From an uncultured Magnetococcales bacterium (GTDB taxonomy: Bacteria > Pseudomonadota > Alphaproteobacteria > UBA2136 > JAPKEQ01), in contig CAXHDG010000011.1 in the NCBI GenBank assembly GCA_964015495.1, positions 650 to 64,649 on the forward strand: a stretch of 64,000 nt of DNA, read 5' to 3'. The notes beneath the pieces are model-generated. The model did not search any database. It was not told the origin of the DNA and saw only the letters and a program-made list of their open reading frames with translations. Of the stretch, positions 46,190 to 56,102 are shown in pieces; within the stretch, counting starts at the first letter, position 1, and each line of letters begins with the position of its first letter. Both the position numbers and the translations under genes were made by a program.

Positions 46190-46528
46190 ATGACAATTTC
46201 GTTTGATGATTTTATGAAAGTTGACCTGCGCCTCGGTAAGGTTGTTGATGTGCAGGATTTTCCTAAAGCAAGAAACCCGGCCTATAAGGTGTGGGTAGAT
46301 TTTGGTGATGAGATTGGTATTAAAAAGTCTAGCGCGCAGATTACTCACCATTACAGTAAGGAAGACCTTTTGGGGCGCCATGTGATTTGCGTGACCAATT
46401 TTGCGCCGCGTCAAATTGCAGATTTCATGTCTGAAGTACTCATTACAGGTTTTTATGATGCAGACGGCCATGTAGTGCTTGCTAATGTAGAAGATAAAAC
46501 TTTGCCGCTCGGCACAAGGCTTGCTTAA
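46190..46528 (+). CDS. csaA: tRNA-binding domain protein (CsaA / Trbp111 / EMAP-like OB fold)
   Basis: FMKVDLRLGKV...A.NP.YKV.VDFG...KSSAQIT fits the Myf/tRNA-binding domain. ~112 aa. Confidence 0.7.
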   Translation: MTISFDDFMKVDLRLGKVVDVQDFPKARNPAYKVWVDFGDEIGIKKSSAQITHHYSKEDLLGRHVICVTNFAPRQIADFMSEVLITGFYDADGHVVLANVEDKTLPLGTRLA

Positions 46529-46611
46529 TTATTATATATTGCATTTGTTTGTATACATCTTTATACTGAATGCATATTCTACCTATCTTTCTTTTTTGGG
46601 GAGGCCTTGTC

Positions 46612-47010
46612 ATGGCTCTTAAACATCCATCTACCATGCTGGACGATGACGGTAACCAGCTGCCTGATTTGGTTGCTGCTGAAAATGAAGTTCACCGTTT
46701 GGAAAGGCTTGTTGAACAGGCTATTTCGCTTATTGGTTATGAGTTTTCCGAAGGGGAATCTGCTGGCCAAATGAGCGACCAACAAAGGGCAAATATGAAT
46801 GCGGAAATTAAAGCGGGCATGGAAAGCGCTGTGTCTGTTTCTGCGGAATGCATCCGTTGGCTAAAGGTTAAAGTTTTGCCTGCGCTAGAGGATAAGCGCG
46901 CTGTACGTTATGTGGAGGAATCTCTTTTGGGTTTTAAAGCAATGCATGCACCTATGCTGATTGACCTTAAAGCATTTTGCCGCCGCCATGGCCTTAAAGT
47001 AGGAGTTTGA
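46612..47010 (+). CDS. Hypothetical protein (~132 aa)
   Basis: ORF followed by the terminator at 47021-47049. Confidence 0.4.
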   Translation: MALKHPSTMLDDDGNQLPDLVAAENEVHRLERLVEQAISLIGYEFSEGESAGQMSDQQRANMNAEIKAGMESAVSVSAECIRWLKVKVLPALEDKRAVRYVEESLLGFKAMHAPMLIDLKAFCRRHGLKVGV

Positions 47011-47141
47011 TCGAATTTTTAAAAGCAGCCCTTCGGGGCTGTTTTTTTTGCCCTTGAAAAGGAAGAGAAGGGTTCCAATAATTTCACTTACGAACAATCA
47101 TTGGTGGGGGCACCAATCGTACCATTTTTAAGGAGGCCTTT

Positions 47142-47336
47142 ATGGCTGCTATCCAACTTTCGTCTGCTGTTGAAGCTGAGTATCGTGCTTTGTGGGAAAA
47201 AACAAATGCCCTAGAAAAGCTGCTAAGCGTTAACGAGGAAACGTTTCATGCTTCTCTTGTGAATACGATTTATCACCTGAGGCTAAAAAGAATGAAACTT
47301 GCAGACAGAATCGCCCGCACCAGAATGGTCAGGTAA
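47142..47336 (+). CDS. Hypothetical small protein (64 aa)
   Basis: ORF behind RBS aaggagg. Confidence 0.35.
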   Translation: MAAIQLSSAVEAEYRALWEKTNALEKLLSVNEETFHASLVNTIYHLRLKRMKLADRIARTRMVR

Positions 47337-47462
47337 AACGAAGAGAAAAGAGTCCATCAGAATGATGGCTCTTTTTTCATTTATACTTGCATTTAGATAT
47401 GAAAAGGCTCAGCATATTTGCGACCTAAATATCTTCTTTTCCTCTTTTATTGGAGATCTACC

Positions 47463-47762
47463 ATGATCGCTCCTAGCCCCAATACCTATGATACGGTGCA
47501 GCGCTTGAATGCTGTTTGTGACAGAGTGAAAGCCCGTGTCCAAAAATTTCAAGGCTCTTGGCAGGGCCGTTTAAATACATATCTGACTGCGCTTTCTCTC
47601 TATACACAAGGCATTATGCAGCTGAAAGCTATTCTGAAAAAACTGGAATATGGCTCGCGCCTTTATGCGCATGTTCAAAAAAATCTTAAAATCATGCAGA
47701 AACTGCACCTGGCCACGCACGCACAAATGCTTCGCTTTAAAACAACTCACGGGTTTGCCTAA
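47463..47762 (+). CDS. Hypothetical protein (~99 aa)
   Basis: ORF with start chosen at MIAPSPN. Confidence 0.35.
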   Translation: MIAPSPNTYDTVQRLNAVCDRVKARVQKFQGSWQGRLNTYLTALSLYTQGIMQLKAILKKLEYGSRLYAHVQKNLKIMQKLHLATHAQMLRFKTTHGFA

Positions 47763-47821
47763 AGTAGAAATAATCGCATAGAAACTCCTCTGCATATATG
47801 CGGGGGATTTTCTTTGTGCTT

Positions 47822-48139
47822 TTATATGCCAAGTTTTTTATGACGTGCGAGATAGAGCACAACTGCGGGTACGCTAAATACCAGTGATGACGTATAAAGA
47901 ATGGCGTAGAACTCTGGTGCGGCGTAGCTTTCGTGTGGGCGATTGCTATAAAGGCTATCTAGCATATAGCCAGCGCCTATAAGCACAGGGAAGCGCAAAT
48001 GCCACTCAGCCATGCGCCATAGAAGTGTATCTGTTTTGAGAGAAGGCAGCAGCGTAAGTTTGCGCGCACTGATAAAGGGCAGGGCGCACCACAAAAGCCA
48101 AAAGGCAATAAAGGCATATGCAGAAAATGTGATGCTCAT
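47822..48139 (-). CDS. Small membrane protein (105 aa)
   Basis: Three TM-like helices. 4-nt overlap with the upstream cvpA-like gene. Confidence 0.4.
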   Translation of the reverse strand: MSITFSAYAFIAFWLLWCALPFISARKLTLLPSLKTDTLLWRMAEWHLRFPVLIGAGYMLDSLYSNRPHESYAAPEFYAILYTSSLVFSVPAVVLYLARHKKLGI

Positions 48140-48765
48140 GGCATCATGCCATGCATAAGTTTATCGTAGCGCTCTTTCATAATTCTTTCTTCTTCCTCTT
48201 TTGGATCATAAATAATAACGGTTTTATTCATGATATCCTTTTTCATTAAAAGTTCTTCAATGTCTACAGCGTGATTATAAGTTGTACGTAAAAAGAGCGA
48301 GCTATCTGTGAGCCAATAAGGCACTTCTTCTTCTGTAAATATAAAAAATGAAAGCATGGCACCAAGTACCATAATGTAAACACGGCTGACGCCTGTAAAA
48401 AAGCCAAGGCGCTTGCTGAGCCTGTTTGGGCGGCGCCGCTCAAAAAATTCTCTGAAAATAAAGATATCCATTAAGTGCGCAATGAGTGAGCTAAAAAATG
48501 TAATCCCAATCATTGTAATAAACAGCCTTGAACCTTGGCGCAAAAACACAGCTTCTGTGGCTGAGGCATCGTGGAACAAAATATAAACAGTACTCACAAA
48601 AAGCGGCAGCCATATCACAAATTGAGCAAGGTCTCTAAACAGGCCGCACCTATAGCCAGTAAGGCCTGTGATGAGCATGAATAGGATAAAGAGAAGGTCA
48701 GCCACGTAAAATTCCAAGTAGGTCGCCAATGTGCTTAATAGGCTCTGTTGTGCCCTTAATACCAT
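48136..48765 (-). CDS. cvpA: CvpA-family membrane protein (colicin V production protein homologue)
   Basis: Polytopic membrane protein directly downstream of radA, the usual radA-cvpA arrangement. The start is uncertain: the longest ORF would extend to 48831 and overlap radA by 130 nt. Confidence 0.5.
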   Translation of the reverse strand: MVLRAQQSLLSTLATYLEFYVADLLFILFMLITGLTGYRCGLFRDLAQFVIWLPLFVSTVYILFHDASATEAVFLRQGSRLFITMIGITFFSSLIAHLMDIFIFREFFERRRPNRLSKRLGFFTGVSRVYIMVLGAMLSFFIFTEEEVPYWLTDSSLFLRTTYNHAVDIEELLMKKDIMNKTVIIYDPKEEEERIMKERYDKLMHGMMP

Positions 48766-50041
48766 CAGATGGCGGGCAGAGGAGAGAGCCATAGCCAAGC
48801 TTTGTGGCTTCTGTTGCTCTATCGCCAGCACTGGTCACGTTGCGAATTTCTCCGCTGAGGCCAAGTTCGCCAAATACAGCCATATCGTGCGGAAGTGCTG
48901 TATTGGTTAAGCTGCTCATAAGAGCGGTTGCAATGGCAAGGTCAGCCGCAGGCTCATTAATTTTAAGGCCGCCAACAATGTTGACAAATACATCATGCTC
49001 GCCAAAGGGGGTGCCTGCGTGTTTATCCAGCACAGCAGCAACCATAGACACGCGGTTTGCATCGAGCCCCAGTGTTGTACGGCGCGGCTGAGAGAGTTGG
49101 CTTTTGCTCACCAGTGCTTGTACTTCTACAAGCAGGGGCCTTGTGCCGTTAAGGGCAGGGAGCACAACGCTACCGCTTGCCCCTTCTGGGCGCCCTTCAA
49201 GGAAGAGAGCAGAAGGGTTTGTCACCTCGGTAAGGCCTGTGTCGCGCATATCAAATACGCCAATTTCATTGGTTGCGCCAAAGCGGTTTTTAAACGCACG
49301 TAGCAGACGGAAGCTATGCCCGCGGTCGCCTTCAAAATAAAGTACGCCATCAACCATGTGCTCAATAACGCGCGGGCCGGCAATTGTGCCATCCTTAGTA
49401 ACATGCCCTACAAAAATAAGGCCAATACCAGAAGCTTTAGCCACCTGAATTAGCGCATGGGCACACAGACGAAGCTGGCTTACGCTACCTGGTGCGCTAT
49501 CGGCGCTTTCTGCAAAAAGCGTTTGGATAGAGTCAATAATCACAATATCAGGTTGGTTATGCTTGATGGTTGCGAGTACCATTTCTAATTGAGAAATAGG
49601 GCAAAGTTCAACTTCGGCTTTATCTACGCCAAGGCGTTTGGCGCGCATTTGAACCTGACTGGTAGATTCCTCGCCGCACACATAAAGTACTTTATTCTTT
49701 TTAGTGAAGTAAGCCGCTGTTTGCAGGAGGAGCGTAGATTTACCAATGCCAGGGTCTCCGCCAATAAGGATGGCGCTACCCGGAACAAACCCGCCGCCAA
49801 GCACGCGGTCAAACTCGCTCATACCTGTTTCAATGCGCGGCACAGGTTTATGTTCACTATGCAAATATGTGATTGGCGCAGCCTTGGCTGTATTCTTTTT
49901 AGGCAGAAGAGGGGACGCATTTGCAGCGCCAATATCTTCTACAATGGTGTTCCACTCATTGCAGCTGTCACACTTACCTTGCCAGCGTGGAAATGTTGTA
50001 CCGCACTTATTACAAGAATATTGGGTTTTTACTTTAGCCAT
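48698..50041 (-). CDS. radA: DNA repair protein RadA (Sms)
   Basis: N-terminal C4 zinc finger (CNKCG...CDSC), Walker A GDPGIGKST, KNRFG motif, and a Lon-like C-terminal domain. Confidence 0.9.
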   Translation of the reverse strand: MAKVKTQYSCNKCGTTFPRWQGKCDSCNEWNTIVEDIGAANASPLLPKKNTAKAAPITYLHSEHKPVPRIETGMSEFDRVLGGGFVPGSAILIGGDPGIGKSTLLLQTAAYFTKKNKVLYVCGEESTSQVQMRAKRLGVDKAEVELCPISQLEMVLATIKHNQPDIVIIDSIQTLFAESADSAPGSVSQLRLCAHALIQVAKASGIGLIFVGHVTKDGTIAGPRVIEHMVDGVLYFEGDRGHSFRLLRAFKNRFGATNEIGVFDMRDTGLTEVTNPSALFLEGRPEGASGSVVLPALNGTRPLLVEVQALVSKSQLSQPRRTTLGLDANRVSMVAAVLDKHAGTPFGEHDVFVNIVGGLKINEPAADLAIATALMSSLTNTALPHDMAVFGELGLSGEIRNVTSAGDRATEATKLGYGSLLCPPSDGIKGTTEPIKHIGDLLGILRG

Positions 50042-50177
50042 TGAAATCTTTGAACTCTTATTTTTAATCTATGAATCATATCAAAAATAGCCTTGACGCA
50101 CCACCTTTGAGTCCCTACATAATATAGGTAACTTAACTTTCTTACGTTCCTTTCTCTAACCTCAAGTGGATGTTTAT

Positions 50178-50495
50178 ATGATGTCTCTGATTCTTAGGCA
50201 TTTTTGTGTGAACGGTCGTACTCTTGATTTGAAATACGGACAAGATCACAACGCCCCCGACGAAGCTATGGACTTGTCCATGGCGGACATCAGAACCTTT
50301 ACGGTATTTAGCCCACTTCCTAAAAACGCACACATGATGAATGGTGAGCGTGGCCGGGTTGAGCTTTTTCTGAAAGACGGTACTGAACTTGTCTTCGAGC
50401 TTTCGCTTCCTATGGCAAAGCTTTTGTTTAAACGCATTCAGGGATTTCTCAAAGAAGTCTGCAATGTGACGCCTCGCTGGGAGCAACGCCTCTGA
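50178..50495 (+). CDS. Hypothetical protein carrying the shared 'hxhhhkDG' motif (member 1 of a 4-gene family cluster)
   Basis: ...RVELFLKDGTELVFELSLPMAKLLFKRIQ. Confidence 0.4.
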   Translation: MMSLILRHFCVNGRTLDLKYGQDHNAPDEAMDLSMADIRTFTVFSPLPKNAHMMNGERGRVELFLKDGTELVFELSLPMAKLLFKRIQGFLKEVCNVTPRWEQRL

Positions 50496-50614
50496 GTATA
50501 AACGAAAATTAAAGAGCCCCCTTATTGAGGGGGCTCTTGCATTTGGGGCTGTTTCTGTATACTGTAAAGGTATCCAAAAACTCTTCTTTTCCGTTTCTCA
50601 TAGGAGGCACCATT

Positions 50615-51286
50615 ATGTCTAAAAAACCATTTTTTCAGGTGGCGCAAGGTCTTATTGATTCCCTTCAGGGGAAATTCTTGATCTCTGAGGTTGAAAGCTT
50701 CTCCCTGGAGGGCAATATTTTAACGCTGCACTCTCTTAGCGTTGAAGGAGAACGCACCACTGAATTTGACATGGATAGCGACGTTCAGTTTTACGACTTC
50801 ATGGGGCATGATTATATCCCTGAACTTGCTAGCAGTGGAAGGCGCATGTTTTTTGACCTTGTTATGTATGATGGACAAGTATTTATCGCTACAATGCCTG
50901 AAAAATTGGGTATTGAAATGTATGCTGCGCTTCAGAAAAAATATATTCATAAGCAAGCTGTTCCAGCATCTAGCGATACGCCGCGCGCCATGATCGGCAT
51001 TCAGCGCACCTACCATGCAGTAGAGTTTGCGATGGGGCAGGATTATATTGGCTTTAGCGTGCGTATTGCATCTGGCAATGTGGGGAAGGTTAATTTTGAG
51101 CCAGAAAACATTGGCAAGGTGTGCATTTACAGCACTGACACCGGCAAGGTTGTCGCAGAGTTTATTGACCATAATGGCGGTGCTGTGTCTTTTTATATGG
51201 ATGGGCACATGGGTATGAGTTTTGCCATAGGGTTGCGCAGCGTTGTTGCGGCACATAGGTTCACATTTGAGATTGAAGAAAACTAA
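50615..51286 (+). CDS. Hypothetical protein with two copies of the shared motif (member 2)
   Basis: RBS aggagg. ...MFFDLVMYDGQVFIATMPEKLGIEMYAALQ and ...VSFYMDGHMGMSFAIGLRSV. Confidence 0.45.
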   Translation: MSKKPFFQVAQGLIDSLQGKFLISEVESFSLEGNILTLHSLSVEGERTTEFDMDSDVQFYDFMGHDYIPELASSGRRMFFDLVMYDGQVFIATMPEKLGIEMYAALQKKYIHKQAVPASSDTPRAMIGIQRTYHAVEFAMGQDYIGFSVRIASGNVGKVNFEPENIGKVCIYSTDTGKVVAEFIDHNGGAVSFYMDGHMGMSFAIGLRSVVAAHRFTFEIEEN

Positions 51287-51399
51287 TCGACACTTTCCCC
51301 CTATCATTTTTTTGATAGGGGGCTTGTTTTTGTATGCAATACGTCGTATTCTTTAAATATCAAACATCTGAAAAGGACCGTTCAAAACAGGAGGTACCC

Positions 51400-51744
51400 A
51401 TGTGTACTCAAGTGATTGTTAACGACCTGCTCTCCCCACACCTTGGCGAAATTCCAACATCTTTTGTTACTGGTTACAGTTATGCTGGTGGCAACCTTAC
51501 CATTATGAGCGAAAGCGAAATGGGTAAAGATTCAGCGGTGTTCTCTATGGAGGAAGATATTGCTGGCATTGAAACGTCTTGCTATCCTGGCGATATACGC
51601 CTGATGCTTGAGGTAATAACTCATGAAGGCGAGAGCTACATGGTTGTTATTGAGCGTGAGATGGCTCAACAGCTCATGCATAAAATGGCCAATATGCCGC
51701 GCCCTAATGGCGTGTATGTGCGCAATGCAAGTTTGGGCTCTTAA
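51400..51744 (+). CDS. Hypothetical protein with the shared motif (member 3)
   Basis: RBS aggaggtaccc. ...IRLMLEVITHEGESYMVVIEREMAQQLMHKM. Confidence 0.45.
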   Translation: MCTQVIVNDLLSPHLGEIPTSFVTGYSYAGGNLTIMSESEMGKDSAVFSMEEDIAGIETSCYPGDIRLMLEVITHEGESYMVVIEREMAQQLMHKMANMPRPNGVYVRNASLGS

Positions 51745-51769
51745 CCCGCTAGCAAAAAAATCGATTTCA

Positions 51770-51808
51770 AAAAATAACCCCCCGCAGCAGCGGGGGATTT
51801 TTTTTCGT
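51770..51808. terminator. Bidirectional terminator
   Basis: ccccccgc-agca-gcgggggatttttttt. Confidence 0.7.
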
Positions 51809-51809
51809 T

Positions 51810-52406
51810 TTATGAAGGCGTTTTTATGGCCTTTTCAGGTTTGATGATGTAGGTGGCAGAAGGAACATCACTTGCACTGGTAAGCTCCATCTTCAGCGGC
51901 GTCATGCCGCTTGAAACGCGCCGAATGTTAATGCCTGTGACGCAATCTTCAAGCATAGGCTTAACATGGGGGTAGCGGTCTTCGCATTCTGCAACCATCC
52001 ACCTTGGCATTTTACCAAAGCTTGGGTGAAAAAAATTCAGCTTCAGGTGCTTATCTGTAGGCATGTAGGCATTTTCATACAGGCTATTAAACCAAATTTG
52101 AGCCGGCACGGCATGGTAACAAACAATGCCAAGGTAAACACCAAAGGCATATTCAGCTTGTTCAGCGCTTACAGGTGCTGGCTTTTTGCTGAGAATACCT
52201 TTGTTTTTTTCTCCGAGCAGGGCCGTGTAAGCTGCGATGGCTTCTTCACGCGTGTTAAAACGAGAGAGAAGGAAGTCACTGTGATCCGGAATAATCACTT
52301 TGATTTTTCCAAGAGCCAATTTTTGCTCAGAACCATCTTTGAAGTGGAGGGCATACTCTGTGTGAGGGTTGAATTTTACACCTTCAGAGTCATAGATAGG
52401 AATCAT
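51810..52406 (-). CDS. Hypothetical protein with the shared motif near its N-terminus (member 4)
   Basis: ...YALHFKDGSEQKLALGKIKVIIP. Confidence 0.4.
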   Translation of the reverse strand: MIPIYDSEGVKFNPHTEYALHFKDGSEQKLALGKIKVIIPDHSDFLLSRFNTREEAIAAYTALLGEKNKGILSKKPAPVSAEQAEYAFGVYLGIVCYHAVPAQIWFNSLYENAYMPTDKHLKLNFFHPSFGKMPRWMVAECEDRYPHVKPMLEDCVTGINIRRVSSGMTPLKMELTSASDVPSATYIIKPEKAIKTPS

Positions 52407-52534
52407 GGTGATACCCCTTGCTAGAAACGATAAAAAGATAAGTTAGTTTCCCCTATATAATAGGGTTTATGCGCCTTTGCAATAGGTAAAATTAAAAAAA
52501 TACCCCTGCTTTTGAGCGGGGGTATTTTATCGGT

Positions 52535-53023
52535 TTAAAGGGCTGTAGCAATGCGGTCATGGGTATAAAAACGGATGTGCGCCATTTTTTGATGGTAAGG
52601 CCGTTCTTCCAGCACATAGCTCATTTTATTTCTGTGTCTTTTTCGGCGTGTGGTGTTGATTTTCCAAAGCAGAGCCCTGAGCACAGCGGCGTTTTCAGGG
52701 TCACGATTAAAAAAGTTCTCAGCCATATAGAGGGGCAAAGCAATTTTGCCATAGAAAATATGATCAAATTCTTTAATTTTAATGGGATCAAGCTTACGAA
52801 GCTTTGACTTTAATACTTCAAAAGAATTTTTAAAGTGTTTTTCAGCATTGGCTTTAAGGCGTCTATAGCGCCTTTGCACCTCGGCGTCGCTTACATCATT
52901 TTTGAAAAACCACCAGCCGTCTTCCATATGCAGGCGAAGGGCTTTAAGAGCCTCTTCATCGTTACTGCACTCTTGGAAGATATCGTAAGGCAATTTCTTT
53001 TCAATCCTGGGAATCCAAGACAT
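52535..53023 (-). CDS. Hypothetical basic protein (~162 aa)
   Basis: ORF only. Confidence 0.35.
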   Translation of the reverse strand: MSWIPRIEKKLPYDIFQECSNDEEALKALRLHMEDGWWFFKNDVSDAEVQRRYRRLKANAEKHFKNSFEVLKSKLRKLDPIKIKEFDHIFYGKIALPLYMAENFFNRDPENAAVLRALLWKINTTRRKRHRNKMSYVLEERPYHQKMAHIRFYTHDRIATAL

Positions 53024-53122
53024 GTGTTTCTCCATGGATATAGAAAGAGGAAAAGAAGGTTACAAATTAACCTTAATATGTATACAAAGGGGGTTTTTGT
53101 CAAGAAAGAAGCTGAAAAACCT

Positions 53123-54604
53123 CTAAGCGTCTACACCATCAGGATAGCCAACATCTCCGCTAAACTCGTGGAAGGTTGTTGTAGGGCCATCGAATGTGAA
53201 GGTGAGGGTTTTGGTTGAACCCTTACGGTTTTTACTAATAAGGAGCTCAGTAAGACCTTTAACTTTATCAAGGCGCTCTTTCAATTTCACGTTTTCTTCA
53301 GAGTTCTCATCTGCACCCATCAGTTTAGAGAGGTAGTACTCTTCACGGTATAGGAACATAATCACATCGGCATCTTGCTCAATCGCACCAGATTCACGCA
53401 GGTCTGAAAGCTGCGGACGTTTGTTCTCACGGCTTTCTACGTTACGAGAAAGCTGGGAGAGGGCGATAACAGGCACATTAAGCTCACGTGCAACACCCTT
53501 AAGGGTTTGTGAAATCATCGAGATTTCTTGTACACGGTTATGGGCATGTAGCTCAGATGTCATCAGCTGAAGGTAATCAACCACAAGCATACCAATATTA
53601 TGTTGGCGTGCCATACGGCGTGCCTTACTACGAAACTGGCTTACAGAAAGCCCTGGCGTATCATCAATAACAATAGGGTATTCACTAAGCTCGCCTGCGG
53701 CTTGCACCACACGCTCAAGCTCTGCATCGTTAATTTCACCGCGCGCCATTTGGCCAGAATCAATGCCTGATGCACTTGATAGCATACGCGCTGCCAGCTG
53801 ATCAGATGACATCTCAAGTGAAAATAACCCCACGGCCGCGCCGCCTGTTTGGCCATTACGCAGTGCTTCTGCGGCGTTGTAAGCCACGTTAACAGCAAAG
53901 GCTGTTTTACCCATAGAAGGACGCGCAGCCAAAATAACAAGATCAGATTTACGGAAACCACCAAGCAGTTTGTTAAGGTTTTTATAACCAGAGTTCACCC
54001 CAAGAAGCTGGCCTTGATGCTTTTTGGCTTCTTCAATTTGCTCAATAACAGTAACCAGCGGCTGGCGCAGGTTTTGAAGTTCTTTTGTGGAGCCTGTTTC
54101 GTTTAGTTTAAATAATTCAGCCTCAATGCGTTCAATAAGTTTTGTTGTAGCATCAAGTGTACGGGCACTGCCAAGGTCTTGTTCTAGTTTCCCTGTCATT
54201 TCAAGCAGTTGTCGCTGTAAGTAAAAGGTATAGATGATGCTAACAAGGGTCTGTACGTTATCTGCGCGTGTTGCGCTTTCAAACAGACCTGTAAGAAGTT
54301 TAATCATCTCATCTTTACCACCAAAAATGCTGGTATCGTTAATCACTTCTTTGAGAGAAATAGGGTTGGCTTCATAGCCTTTAAACAATAGCTGTTGCAC
54401 GCCTTCAAAAATAGCTGTGTGAGCAGGCACATAAAAGTACTCAGGCTTAACCATGCCTTCTACGTCTTCGTATAATCTATTGTTTAGCATAAGGAGGCCC
54501 AGAAGGGCTTGTTCGGCTTCAAGGCTATGCGGAACAGGCTGATTGGCCGTAGAGCCTTTAGTAAAATCAACTGCTTTAACTGTACCGGTAGCCTGTGCGT
54601 TCAT
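53123..54604 (-). CDS. dnaB: Replicative DNA helicase DnaB
   Basis: Walker A ARPSMGKTAF, the DnaB N-terminal domain, and the H4 motif region. 493 aa. Confidence 0.9.
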   Translation of the reverse strand: MNAQATGTVKAVDFTKGSTANQPVPHSLEAEQALLGLLMLNNRLYEDVEGMVKPEYFYVPAHTAIFEGVQQLLFKGYEANPISLKEVINDTSIFGGKDEMIKLLTGLFESATRADNVQTLVSIIYTFYLQRQLLEMTGKLEQDLGSARTLDATTKLIERIEAELFKLNETGSTKELQNLRQPLVTVIEQIEEAKKHQGQLLGVNSGYKNLNKLLGGFRKSDLVILAARPSMGKTAFAVNVAYNAAEALRNGQTGGAAVGLFSLEMSSDQLAARMLSSASGIDSGQMARGEINDAELERVVQAAGELSEYPIVIDDTPGLSVSQFRSKARRMARQHNIGMLVVDYLQLMTSELHAHNRVQEISMISQTLKGVARELNVPVIALSQLSRNVESRENKRPQLSDLRESGAIEQDADVIMFLYREEYYLSKLMGADENSEENVKLKERLDKVKGLTELLISKNRKGSTKTLTFTFDGPTTTFHEFSGDVGYPDGVDA

Positions 54605-54765
54605 GTGTTTTTATGCCTTTTTAAATCCGAGATTTGAACCTGCGTCTTGAGTTTTTTAACTATAGGAGATTTGCCTTCTGGATGCAATGGTGGATTCAAT
54701 AAATTGGATACAAAATGCAAAAAAGCCTCTCCAGTAAAGGAAAGGCTTTTTTGTGGTCGATTGGT

Positions 54766-55101
54766 TTAGCGCTCGTGACGCTGATCTAGGCTCAAGGCAA
54801 CGCCATGAAAATATGCGACAGCGCCCAAAATGTTATACATGCGTGTGATGCCTTGATAGTCGCCAACAATAAAAGTTTCTTTGCGAGTATCTTTGTAAAA
54901 TACCACAAGCTCCTGATGATGCGATGCCTCAGGGGTGCGCATATTGAACTTTAGCTTATGCAAAGTTTTCAGCTTGAGCACTTTTTGGCGTGGTCCGCCT
55001 TCAAAGTGTAACGTAAGAGTTTTACTTTCTAAGCAGAGCTCAAAAGATTTAACATAACCACGATGCTTGCGATCACGGGTAATATTTTGGGGTGAGGGCA
55101 T
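54766..55101 (-). CDS. Hypothetical protein (111 aa), possibly with a PilZ-like domain
   Basis: RDRKHR (RxxxR-like) near the N-terminus. Otherwise weak. Confidence 0.3.
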   Translation of the reverse strand: MPSPQNITRDRKHRGYVKSFELCLESKTLTLHFEGGPRQKVLKLKTLHKLKFNMRTPEASHHQELVVFYKDTRKETFIVGDYQGITRMYNILGAVAYFHGVALSLDQRHER

Positions 55102-55112
55102 AGGTATGCTCC

Positions 55113-55409
55113 TTATTTAGCAAGAGCTGACAGGATGAAAAAGCCTGTGTGAAAGGCCATGGTGAGCCCAAGGGGAATAGTGCAGATAAAGCCAGTAGCT
55201 GCTAATGCAGTAAAGCCAGCAATAACACCAGCAATAAAAAGAGTAGCGCCCATTGCTGCAGCCATAAGAAGAACAGGCATAGCGCCAGTGTTTTTAAGTC
55301 CGGTGCGTATGTCATCTTCCCCTGTGAGAGCTTTGGCTTTACCTGCAAGGGCGCCAATGCCAAAGGCAATAAGGCCTAAGAGAATGGCAAGCGTAACAAT
55401 AGCGGTCAT
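55113..55409 (-). CDS. Small membrane protein (98 aa)
   Basis: Four TM-like helices, Gly/Ala-rich. Confidence 0.4.
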   Translation of the reverse strand: MTAIVTLAILLGLIAFGIGALAGKAKALTGEDDIRTGLKNTGAMPVLLMAAAMGATLFIAGVIAGFTALAATGFICTIPLGLTMAFHTGFFILSALAK

Positions 55410-55539
55410 AAAAAGTCCTCCAGGAAACGGAAAAGAATGAGATGGTGATATGTCTAGAAAGTAGCGACACAGCTGATTTCTGTCAAATAAAAAACCCTCT
55501 CCAAAGGAAAGGGTTTTTTAAACTTTAAGTGAAATTCAC

Positions 55540-56001
55540 TTATGCACTTACGCGACCAACCTCTAGAGGAAGTTCAATAATCACATCACTGTGAAGTGTA
55601 ATTGTTACAAGATGGTCACCAACTTCTTTAATTGGTGTCTTGAAAGTCACGATAGATTTGTCTAGCTCAACGCCAGTCATCTCTTTCACTGATTCAGTGA
55701 TGTCACGTGGACGGATTGTTCCGTAAAGCATACCAACTTCAGAAGCCTGACGACCAAGAACAACTTTAACGCCGTCTAGTTTATCAGCAACGGCTTGTGC
55801 AGCTGCAGCTTTTTCTTTGTTAGCTTTTTCAAGTTCAGCTTTCATGCTTTCAAACTTAGCAATGTTTGATTTAGTAGCAGGAAGTGCTTTGCCTTGAGGA
55901 ATAAGGAAGTTACGAGCAAAACCAGGTTTTACTGATACTGTTTCGCCAATCTCGCCAAGAGAGTGGAGTTTTTCTAGAAGAATGACTTGTCTTTGTGCCA
56001 T
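55540..56001 (-). CDS. rplI: 50S ribosomal protein L9
   Basis: MAQRQVILLEKLHSLGEIGETVSVKPGFARNFLIPQGKA is the canonical L9 N-terminal domain. Confidence 0.9.
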   Translation of the reverse strand: MAQRQVILLEKLHSLGEIGETVSVKPGFARNFLIPQGKALPATKSNIAKFESMKAELEKANKEKAAAAQAVADKLDGVKVVLGRQASEVGMLYGTIRPRDITESVKEMTGVELDKSIVTFKTPIKEVGDHLVTITLHSDVIIELPLEVGRVSA

Positions 56002-56102
56002 TGTCTGTCCCTTTGTTTTGGTTAGCTACAAGCTTTGTGTAGCAAACGGTTGGTTTAAAATTCCGCCCCTTAACCTATATAGAAAAAGGGGCGGAAGAAA
56101 GC

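Noticed and set aside
48765-48831. Long N-terminal extension of the cvpA-like ORF overlapping radA by ~130 nt
   Set aside because: An overlap of that length with a conserved essential gene is implausible. An internal start (about 48765 or later) is more consistent with CvpA N-terminal topology. The exact start remains uncertain.
54615-54650. tRNA-like T-arm fragment (reverse complement …gcaggttcaaatctcgg…) upstream of dnaB
   Set aside because: Contains a GTTCAAATC T-loop-like string, but the flanking stems do not pair and no acceptor stem, anticodon arm or CCA context could be assembled. At most a degenerate tRNA remnant.
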